DNA from: Candidatus Woesearchaeota archaeon
GTDB lineage: Archaea; Nanobdellota; Nanobdellia; Woesearchaeales; JAAOYA01
Assembly (NCBI GenBank): GCA_018221105.1
Contig: JAAOYA010000009.1
Location: 62,001 to 94,693 of the forward strand
Reading direction: 5' to 3'
Length of the DNA: 32,693 nucleotides
Each line of letters begins with the position of its first letter. Positions within the stretch are counted from its first letter, which is position 1. Positions 8,336-20,300 of the stretch are shown piece after piece. A program made the translations under genes and the position numbers. The notes under the pieces were generated by a model. The model was given only the letters and a program-made list of their open reading frames with translations, was not told where the DNA came from and did not search any database.

Positions 8336-11300
8336 GATGATTAGTTGGTTGTATGCTTTTGTTAGTGTTTTCTTGTCCCAGCCAACACTTAACAGTTTCT
8401 GGCTTATTCTATCATCTGATATTCCTGCACTGTGACATTTTTGTATGTAGCTCACAATTCTTTGATGGTGTGTGTCTCGTGGGTTTGATTGTGTGAATAT
8501 GCTTGCGTGTACGTGTTTTAACAAATTCTTTATCCTGATTTTTGGGTGTTTGAATGTTGTTATCACTGTTTCTAATTCGTTTATTTCATCATGGCGCAAG
8601 TCATGATGATTAACTGTTATCAACACTGGCTTTTTGTTATTGACTAGTGTTTGCACTAATTGTTTTGCTTCTGCTAAACTTGTTGAATCTATTATTATGT
8701 CTAGGCCTTCTAAGTATATTATTCCCTTAAACCCCAGTATTGCTTTTGTTAGTGTTGTTATTTGTTTTGGGTGTATTACGTTTGAGCCACTTTCATCATT
8801 AATTTCTAAATTATATTTTAGTTCTGGGTGTGGGATGACTGTGATTCCAAGTTTTTGCTTGTAATCATAGTCTTCGAATAATTTTAATGCTTCATTGTGC
8901 TTTTCCACGATTAGTACTGGTTTTTTGAATAGGGCCTCCCCTAACTCTTTTGATGTTTTGATCATTGCGATTTCATTGTACAAAATTATTAAACTGCCAG
9001 CACTGATTAGTACTGCGAACAAGATTAATGCCCATTTTAGTATTAGTTGAAATAAGCTTGGAATTAATGCTCTTGGCTCAACATTTTGTGGCAAGTCTGA
9101 GAGGTCCTCTACTATATTTTGTATTGTGTCTACTGTTTCAAAACCTAGTATACTCTCACGATCTCCTGTGATTGCAAAATCTCCTAGTTCATTTGTGCTT
9201 GCAGTGTAATAATTGTATTCACTATCACTGTTTTTCAAGTTTGACGGTGTGTCAACCCACTCAACACCATTATAATGTTCTAAATCAATACTTGATTCTA
9301 TTACATTATTATCATCAACCCATGTTTTTGAAATCCGATACTCGATTACCACTGTTTCTAATTGGTTGCTTGTAAAATCTGGTGTTAGTGTGAAATACTC
9401 GTATACTAAGTTTTCTGGCAGTGTTGCAGCACTAACAGTAGCGTTCTCGCCAAGTTCCAAACCAGTTTGAGTAGTGCTTTTCAATTCTGTAACCACTCGA
9501 CTTACTACGTTAGCATAAGTAAACAAGTGTGTAATATTTGTTAATTCAACTGGTGGTGTGTAAGCACTACCGCCTCCGCTGCTTCCGCCCCCGCCGCCTC
9601 CAGGCGGTGGACAACTGTTAGCAGTGCCACTGCAATCTTCGTCAACTGTATTGCCACAAATCTCTGTTCTTGACGGGTTGATTAAGCCGTTATAATCATC
9701 GCACTCATCGCTTGCATTATAACCGTCTTGATCTAGGTCATCATCAAAAGTTGTGATGTTACAATCCTCATTAATGCCGTTATAAATTATTTCTGTAGCA
9801 TTAGGATTAATTGAAACGTTGTTGTCGTTGCAATCTGCTGTTAGATTGTTGCAACCGTTTAAGTTAAAGTAACCGTCACCGTCAACGTCTTCACAAGTGC
9901 TACAAGTCTCAAAGATTGTGTCACAGTTCTCATCAACACCACTATCGCAAACTTCGATAGCACCAGGATTAATACTTGAGTTATTATCGTTGCAGTCGAC
10001 TGTGTTATTAAACCCGTCATCATCCAAATCAATATCTAAAATACAAGTATCAATACCTACTGTGCAATACTCTGTGGCATTACAATTATCAATTACTATT
10101 GCTCCAGCACCAGTGCTAATATTGGAGCCGTCACAATTTCCTGTGCTTATGCCGCAGTATATGTCGTAGAATCCTGTGATGTTTAAAACATCGTAGTTGT
10201 TGATTCCTTCGTTGTCACAACCAAGATGTGTTTCGCTTGTTGTGGTACAGACTGTGCTGCCATCATCGTTTGTGTAATCATTACAGGTGCCGCTTGTAAT
10301 GCCGCCACTGCCATCACAAACGTCGTAAACATCGTTGTAATCTTGACAAACAGTGTCTAAGTAGTCACAATCAATTAGTGCTACTTGTGTGCCACTAGCG
10401 TTGTTGTTTTGCTGGTGACATCCAGTGCCGTAATTGAATGTGTAATAATAACAAGTTCCATCACTTGGCATGTTGGCAAAGTTTTCGCCAATGCAGGAGT
10501 CGCTACTATCACAAACAGTATCACCGTCAATGTCTGTGCAAGGCGGACATGTTGCGTCGCTTCCACTGCAGTCATCATCAAGTCCGTTTTCGCAGATTTC
10601 TGTCATGCTAGGATTAACGTTTGCGTTGTTGTCGTCGCAATCGTCTTGTGGTTGGCCAGTTAGTAGTGTGCACCACGCGAACAAGATTCCTTCTTGGTCA
10701 TGATTATCATTGTCTGTATCGCACACGCCACCACAACCATTGTTTAGTATTGTATCACAATCTTCATCTACTGAATTACCGCACACTTCGCTAGCGCTTG
10801 GATTGATTGACGCGTTAGTATCATCACAGTCAGGACCGGCAACACAACCAACACCGTAAGTGTCGCCGTCAACATCAGTGCAAGATGGCGCTGTAAGTAA
10901 TTGTATTGTGTCAAGCCATGTTCCTTGTTCGCGACCGTGAACTTCAAAAGTGTGAGTTCCAACAGTCAAGTGCCAAACTTTTGGATCTGCAATATCTCCT
11001 CTGTTGGTGACATTGTCTAATGCCCAAACTGTTGTTTCTGCTAAGTCCCAAGTGTAAGTGTTATCATTTGCGGGGTTTTCTGTTGAAAGGCCAGCGTAAT
11101 AACTGTTTGTGCCTTGACTATCAGCAAGAATCCTTGCTTGAATATAATAATCGTTTTCTGTAGATATATCGAATGTGTAACTAGCAACACCACTATCATC
11201 TATGCTTGTTGTAATGTATTGTCCTCCACTAGCACCAGCGTCGTTACCAACACTCACAGGACTGGTCAACACACCATCCTCGGCTTCAACAATTTGATCA

Positions 11301-14300
11301 GGTAAGAAATTAGAACCAGTACAAGAAGGATGACTACTACAGTCACTATCTAGACAATCAACCAATGAATCGCCATCATCATCGACACTATTATCACAGA
11401 TCTCTACTGGTGGAGGTGGTGCGCCTCCTGTTCTTAACGGATGAGGGTATGATGTTGGTGTGTATCTTAGATTCCATGTGTTGACTCCATCACAAACGTA
11501 TAACGCTCCATCAGTTCCCTCGGCGTTCCAATCACTGCCCATGTCAATTGCCCAATAGCCTTGATTTTGTTTTGTAATATCACATACTGGTCTGTTTGTC
11601 CATAAACCACTGCTAACTCCGCCGTTACCAAATCCTATATTGGAAGAATCATCTAAAAAGTAATCTCTATCTTCAATTATTTTATCACTACAATAACTAA
11701 CTCTAAATTCCCATGGATTAATAGTGTTTCTTGTATTACCCCACATATAAGCCGGATTGTATTCTTGGTCATAAGGCGGTTGGTCAATGACTCCCGCGCT
11801 TAATTGGGTGTCTCTACCTGCACCTGTTGCGTCAAAACACATGAAATCAATGCCTGATCCAGGATGTGAATAAGTATCCCACTGAGAAACGCCGTCGCAT
11901 CTTGTTGAATATGTGTAGCTTGGATATGAAGAAATGCAACGCTCAGTGCTAATAGTCCAATCACAATAATCAATTGTGCCATTACAGTTATTATCAAATA
12001 TGACTCCTGAACCGCCTCTAAGGTTTGCAGCCATCGGGCTACCAGTTTGTGTCATTATTAAGTTATTGCGGTATATCTCCCATGATTGAAACCCTCTTCT
12101 GTCTCTTGCGCCGTGAGCTTCAAAATAGCCATCAGTTATAGTGTTAAATCTTACTACGAAACGCCCGCCGTTATTACCATCTACAACTCCTGTAGTTGAG
12201 CTCATGGTAATAGTGTTGTTTTCAATAAATATCTTCTCGCTGTCAAAATCGTAATCTCTGTAAGTAGTGTACCAAAGAGCTCCGCTGTATTCATTATCAC
12301 TACAACCATTGGTTAATATTCGAGCATTTATTATTTCATTATTATCAATTAAGCCAGTCATGTAAACTGGGTCACTGTCACATAGTATGCTCATGCTAAG
12401 CCATACACCTTGACTGCCGCTTTGCTCGACTTTGTTGTGGTCAATCCTCCAATTATCCGCTCCTTGTGTTACTGCTATGTCAACGTCAGTAGAGAATTCA
12501 AAACCTGTAAGACGACTATTATCATTTAGATTCGCACCATTACCTGATATCAAAGTGTTTCCAATCCCTGCGCCTTGCAAAGTGACATCATTACCTATTG
12601 TTATACTATTACTCCACGTGCATGTTCCTGCTGGCACGTTGACTGTGTCTTCCGGGTTCGCCGCCGTAACCGCTGCTGAGACATCTGCGTAATCACAACT
12701 GCACGCTTGCAAAGTTGTCGCATTCAATTGTTTGTAATTCGCGCCTGAACTGCAAGGATCAACACCACTGTCAAACTCGTAAGCTCCTCTATCCCAAACA
12801 CCGTCACTTCCTCGAATGTTTCCGTCTGGGTCAATGTTGTAAGGCACGCCAAGAGTTGAACCTGCGTTTGTTGCAGCGTTTAATCTAAAATCTCCATTTG
12901 CGCTGTCAATAAAAGGATTGCCAAGGCCATATTCTATGTTTGTCTCGCTTTGCGCTCCAGAATTATAAAACCAGTTGTAATCATGCGTAGTCCCGCCAAT
13001 ATCTGCATAAGTATTACCGCCAAACCTTCTACAATTATAAAAAATATTGTTATAAATTTCTCTTGCAGCATAACCTCCAAAAGACAAAATAGAGCAACCA
13101 TAATCTATATCAACAAAGGCATTATTATAAACATAAGCAGAATTACTCACACCATCAGATAAAGAATTAAGAACGCCATTAGAATCCCCTGTTGAGCCTA
13201 AGAAATATCCAGTAGTAGTAAAAACATTTCCATATGCCTGCCAATTCGTAAAATGAGGGGGGTTCCCATTATCATCATGCAAAATCAATCCTCCTGTGCT
13301 TCTCCAATCACGAATTATATTATAACGGAAAACATGGTTCGATCCACCATCAGCAGAATACAACTCGCTATGTTGAGATCCAAAACCAGCAGCAACCGCT
13401 TGTCCATTACGCTCTAGAACAGAATATTCAACAACTACATCATCCAATGCGGCCAAGGGAAACCAATTAACTCTACCTGCATCATGTATCCAACAATAAC
13501 TACAAATAAGATTACTTGCTGCAGCATAAACTATATCTTGACTATCTGCCCAAGCAGAAGACACGCCTGGAGCATTAGAAAAGCCCATCTCTAAATGCCT
13601 AAGGTTAATATTATTAACTGTGTTTCCAAATGCTCCTATACGAATAACCTTAGCCCCTGTACTTGCCGTATTTAAAAGAATACGAAAACCGTAAGGAACA
13701 TAATTTGGTAATGCAGGCACTCCATACATTGAATCAGCCCACTGTCCAACTTGTCCATCAAACTCCCAATAGCTTGTTGTGATAGTCCATCTAGTCCAAT
13801 CAGCAACGCCATCGCCATAAGTACTGAGCCATCCATCACTTGTGCCGTGGTCTGTTTCAATTGCTTTTTTTATTGTGATGTACTCGCTTCCTTGTTCAAC
13901 AGCGTCAAAGGTGTAACTGCTATAATTGCCATCTGCGATGTAGTAAGTATGACCTCTTTGCAGAGTCGCTGGCAAACTACCATAAGCATTATTCCAATCA
14001 CTACCATCCCCTGAAGCGCCATCCATGACGTAATGGATATTTCCGCTTGGCGGCGGAGTTCCAGTTACCAGCGGATGTGGATAAATATAAGGAACATAAT
14101 CTGGTTTTTCTAAGTCGTTGTAGTAGTCTCTGTTTTCTTTGATGTGGTCTGATGGTTGTGGATTTATACATCCAGCATAAGCATTAGAAACTGATATGTC
14201 AACATCAGCACCATTTAAAACATTGTTCCACTCATAAAGTGGTTCTTGGTCTTGGGTTCCATTCAAATCATGGTCTGTTGTTCGTCCTATTTGGTCCTGA

Positions 14301-17300
14301 CAAGGATAGTTATTACACTGTCTTGAAATTGGGCAAGAAGATTCAGCGGCACATGTACAGTAATTTGTTACTTCTAATTTAGTATTATAATTTCCGTTCG
14401 CTGTATTGTTAAACACTACACCTGTACCCCCTCTAAAAAACATGAATCTTTGACTATTAATTGTTGAAAATGTGTTTTCATATATTTCATAAGTATGTGT
14501 TGAGCGATAATCGCCAGAATCAGCGCCGTGATGTCCTATTCGGGTTCCATTGACAATGTTATGCCTAAAGACGTATCTTCCGCCATTATATGAATCCAAT
14601 GCTCCATCATAAGGAGATGCATAATTGAAGATGTTATCTTCCACGTACACTGCGTGCTCTGTGCCTGGTGTGAACGGTTCATCCCATGACGCATTGCCCA
14701 AGCCTTTTACAGCAACGCCTTGATAAGTATTTACAAAAACATTGTGATCAATAACGCCTTCACCTCTCGCCCACATACCTCTCCCATTAGTTCCTGTTGA
14801 ATCAAATTTGTTATTGTCAACTCGCCAATTAAAACTATTACCCCCTATAACTAATCCTGGTTCTGTAGCGCTTCTTTTTTTCATGCCTCGAAATGTGAAT
14901 CCAGTAATTCTAACATTATTAGAGTTAGAAATTTCTAAAGGATACTGATTGCTAAGAGTTCCTGTTTCATCATTTATAATAGTTACATCAATTCCAGCGC
15001 CTTGCAATATGATTCCTTTATTAGAAATTTGAACCGCTGGAGTATTTCCAGAAAGAGTAGTCCAAGTGCAATTACCCGCTGGTACATTCACAGTGTCTCC
15101 ATCGCTAGCACTATTAATCGCTGCTTGCACGTCTAGTTGTGAGCATGATGACGCGTTGATAACACTGCCGCTTGGCGGTGGAGGTATCCCGCCACCCAGC
15201 GCGAATAAAGCGTTTATCTCTGTTGTTGTTAACACTCTATTATATACTCGTACGTCATCAATTAATCCATCAAAGGGTACGCTGCCATCTGGGTTGCGGC
15301 CAATGTTAGCGTTTACCAGGTTGTTTGTGTCAATAACCCCTGTTTTTGCAATGCTTCCAACTTCGACTCCATCCAAGTACAATTTCATAAAATTGCCATC
15401 GTATACTGCGACGCCATGATACCATTGGTTGTTTACAAGATTACCGCTTGTAGCAATCAATGTTGATGTTGTACCGCTTGTTTTTAGTCTAAAACGTAGT
15501 TTAACACCGCTACTTGCTATGGTGCTTATCATCCAGTAATGATCTGCTTCTGCTGTGCTTATACTTTTTGAAATTATTCTGCAATCACTGCTGCCACAAC
15601 TTGCCAGGTTATCACTTTTAAACCACGCACTAATTGTTAGTGCGCTACCTGTGATGTCTAATGCTCCTACCTCCACGTAATCGTTTAAACCGTCAAAGTT
15701 AAGAGCGTTATTAATTGTACCGCTAGCCCACAACGCACCATATACTGTTCCATCATTTGAGTTGCCAGAGCTATCACTAGCAGTTGAACCGCTGCTTTCA
15801 TCAAACGCCCAATGCGCAAATAAACCAGTTGATAAATCAACAACTGCCTCGCTCACACTTAATTCATTATTTGAATAAATATAGTTAGAAAGATTATCTG
15901 TCTGTGTTGCTATAAAGTAGTATTCTGGGTCTCCAATGCCATCACTTTGCCATTCAGCAACCCAACTAGTAGTCGCAATCCCTCCGCTGTTAAACACTGC
16001 GTTACCTGGATTAAAATTTGCTGGGTCATCAAATACAGAGTCATTTTCAAAAGTTTCAAAACTAAGAGTTTTACCATTGCAACCACTATCGCCTGTGACT
16101 GTTAAAGACACGGTGTCGTACTGCGTCGCACTTGTAACACTCCACGAAGCATCAGTTAATGTGCATGGAACTTGACAATTAGGTGCAGATGTGCATTCTG
16201 AGTCTGCGCAATCGATTAATGTGTCTCCGTCATCATCAACACTGTTATCACAAACCTCAACAAGAGGAGGCGGACTTCCTGTTACTAAAGGATGAGGGTA
16301 AGTATATGGATTGTAAGAGAGTCCATAGTCGTTTATGCATTCTTGTTTTGTGCTGCATTGAAAATAATGTGTGTTTTCAATAAGGACTGCGCTTGCAAGA
16401 TTGTCTACGCTTTCTGTATTACCACCAACACAATTATCCATATCGCTACCGCAATTGTCTTTGTTGCCCCAAAAATAAGCGTGGTTAATTTGATCTGGAC
16501 AACTTGAGCCGCTGGCATCGTCAACATCGTATGGGTTTCCTGTGCATCGTTCTGGTCGAGCGTGATAAGTATAGCTTGTGATTCTTATCGCGTTATTCAT
16601 CCCGACATTGAAATAGTTGTCATAGACCATGTGTTGACCACCTCTAAGATGCATTGTTCTGGCTGCGCCAGAGGCAAAGTAAAACTTGTTTTTGTATATT
16701 TCATATCCGAGTGTGCCTCTGCTAGGATAGTTCTCGTTACTATCATGGGCGTCAAGAGCATCCCAACACGTTGTTGGTCTATAATCTATTGTGTTGTATC
16801 TAATAACTGCTCTTGCTGCAAGATTCCCAACAAAAGTATGAGCAACACATCCACTGCCAGAAACTTCAAACAAGTTATCCTCGATAAATATTACGTTGGT
16901 TGTAGAACTCATTGCATCGCCTACTACTAAAGGATATGTTTGTGCAGAGTTTCCATCTGCAAATAAATAAAAAGCGTATGAATCATAAAATTCGTTGTGA
17001 TCAGCAACACCCCTAACCGTGCCTAATGTCTGTATACCATAACTATCTGTGAATTTACAGTGATCTATTCTAAAATCTTTTGCTGAATTAGTTCCTGTAA
17101 ATTTTATACAAGGACTACAATCATTAAATCCGATTTGTGTGATTCTAGCTCCACTTCCAGATGTACCTGAGAATAAGAAAGCATAATCATTGTTATTATA
17201 TATAATCGTATTTGACGCACCTGCGCCTTGAATGGTTATGTCTTGTTTTGATATTGTAATTCCATTTGTGCCCCCCCAATCACAACTCCCTGCAGGTATC

Positions 17301-20300
17301 AACACGGTGTCGCCAGGATTAGTGTTGTTTATAGCGGTTTGTACATCTGCAAATGAACAACTATCTGCTTGAATTGTTGGGTCAGGCTCAACTGCTAAAG
17401 GATGAGGGTAGACGTAAGCTGTGTAATCTGGTTTTTCTAAGTCGTTGAAGTAATCTCTGTCTTCTTGGATGTGATCTAATGGTTGAGGGTTGGAACAACC
17501 CCAAGAATTAACTGGGTATATGTCTGTGTCTGCAGAGTTATAGGTGTTATTCCATTCGTAAAGAGGCATCGATGCTTGGTCTGTTGTTCTGCCTATTTGG
17601 TCTAAGCATGGCCAACCTGTGCTGTCTTGGTTGCCATCAAAAACGCTGTCTCCATCACAACGATCATAACTAAATCCACAGTTTGCTCCGACGCCATCGC
17701 ATGTTCTATAATTTGTTGGTCCAATAGGTCTTGTTATTGACCCTGTGAACTTGTTATTGTAAATAACGCCTGTTCCCCCTCTTAAAAAGATTGCTCTTGA
17801 TGCTGAGTTTCCATTGTTTAGTTCAATCTTGTTATTGTATATTTCATAACTCATAGCAGCTCTTTCTGATGAACACGCACCGTGAACTGTTAATATGATA
17901 TTTGTAAGATTGTTGTTTCTAATGACTAATCTTGCGCCATCATCTCCATCTACTGCTACTCTTCCTTCCCATAAATTACTAAACGAGAAAACGTTGTTTT
18001 CTATAATTACTGCGTCTTTGTTTCCTAAGTTAACTTCTTGTGACCATGCTAAATTTCCATCACTTAAACCAACAAGGATTCCTTGAAATGAGGTGGTTCC
18101 AACAAACAGGTTGTTATCTATCAACCCGTAAGTTTCGCCATCTACCCAGATACCCCTATAATTAATATTGAGAAACTTGTTATTGTCAACTCTCCAATTA
18201 GTTGAACTGCCTCCAATAAATATGACTCCGTTAGCATCAGCATTTGCTCCTGATTTGAATGTGAACCTTGTAACTCTCATTGGTTTAGTGCTTGAGCTTG
18301 AACTTATCATTGTACCGCTAACATCATCTGTTATATTTGTTTTATCAATTCCTGCGCCTTGTAACACTACTGCTTTATTAGTTAAACTAATAGGATTATT
18401 CCATACACAATTACCTTCAGGTACTAAGACTGTGTCTCCATCAATTGCTAAATTGATTGCTGTTTGCACTTCTGATTGTGAACAACCAGTTGCTTGGACA
18501 GTTGAGCCAGCGTTGCATGAAGAAACATCATAAGCTTTGCAATCGTTTTGACATGCTAAATTACCACTTGCGTAACCAGGAAAGTCGCTGCAAGTGTAAC
18601 CATTCACATCGCTGCCATCACATGCTTCGCCAGCTTCAATTATTTCATTGCTGCAAACAGGTCCTGTTGGCGGACAAATAGCATCTCCTCCGGTACAGTC
18701 ATCGTCTAGGCTGTTTTCGCAGATTTCTGTCATTGACGGGTTTACTGCTGCGTTGTCATCATCGCAATCATCTTGCGGTTGTCCTGTTAGCAAGGTGCAC
18801 CAAGTGAACAGTATTCCTTCTTCATCATGACCGTCACTGTCAGTGTCACACACGCCGCCGCAACCATTGTCAAGTCCTAAATTGCAATCTTCGTCAACAC
18901 TATTGCCGCAGATTTCTGTTGCTGCCGGATTAATTGAAGCATTAGTGTCATCACAGTCCGGGCCAGTAGCGCAACCAACACCGTAAGTGTCGCCGTCAAC
19001 GTCAGCGCAAGATGGCGGAGCACCTTCTAGTGTTTGAATTTCTGCTTGACTAAGTACTCTGTTGTAGATTCTAAAATCGTCTATTAGTCCGTTCCATGCT
19101 TCGTCTCTTGTGCCTGTGTTACCATTGTTTGCTACATCTGCAAAAGAGTTTATGCTTGTTAGTCCTGTGTATGTTCCCGAGGTTTCTAAGTTTCCATCAA
19201 CATATACTTCATAGTTTGTTCCATCCCATGTTAGTGCTATGTGATACCATGTATCGAGGTCAAGATTGTATATTCCTGTGTCAAGCGCGTGGTTGTCTCC
19301 AAGGCCAAGATCTAAGTTGCCTCCCGGGTCATCAGTGTAGATTTGGATTCTACTTCCATAAACTGGATATGTTGTGTGACCAAAAATAAAGTTTTCATCG
19401 GCTGCTGCAAAAGAGTTTGCCCAAACCCATGTTGCAATTGTGCCTTGGTTTGCATCTACATTGGTTGTGCTAATCTCTACATAATCTGCATCTCCTATAG
19501 CGTTTATAGCGCCATCGATTATTCCAGAAGCCCAAGCAGGACCATTAACTGTTCCATCATTATTGTTTGATGATGAATCAATAGCAGCACTGCCTGAGCC
19601 ATCATCAAATTTAAGCCACGCGACAAGTCCAGAACCGACATCGCAACCAGATGGTAAAAAAACACATCCCTGGTTTATATCGCATGATCCGATTGAGCAC
19701 CCTGAAGGTAATGGCAGGCAAAGATTATCATTAGGTATTCCTCCACACACTCCGCCGCCACAAGTGTCGCTTTGAGTACAACTCACACCATCACTACACG
19801 AGTTTGTGTTAAAAGAGTATGAGCATCCATTTGCGTCTCCTCCAGCTCCGATGCATGAGTCTGTTGTGCAAACATTGCTGTCATCGCACAAACCGTTGTT
19901 TGGAACATTGCATGAGTCTGTTGGTTCATTACATGTAGTTGTACAACTGTAACCATCATCACTGCAAGGATTCCCTGTACTTATACATGCGCCCGCACTA
20001 CAGGTTTCTGTTCCGTCACAAAAGTTTCCATTATCAGGACAATCGGCAGGTATTGAACAAGCAGCCCCTAAAGTACATATGTCTCCATCGTATCTTATCT
20101 TTGCAGGAAGATCATTAATGTAACCAGAAACATCAGGACCTATTGCTGGCCATGGTGTTTCTTGACACCACCAATCAGGTTTGGATGACAAATACAAAGA
20201 AGTTGGTAAATTTGTGTTATCGCCAGATGATGAAGAATCATTAAATATGCCGTTGTTTACGTAATCATAGTTTTGGTGAACGTATCTTGTGGCATAAGGT

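Noticed and set aside
9610..10030. Functional link between 'MopE Cu-binding' repeats and copA
   Set aside because: These Asp/Cys repeats are common in surface proteins and look like Ca-binding spacers. copA is over 7 kb away, past unrelated genes.
10542..19017. Duplicated 349-bp block as a diversity-generating retroelement TR/VR pair
   Set aside because: Both copies are in-frame coding, mismatches are not adenine-specific, and no reverse transcriptase is present in the window.
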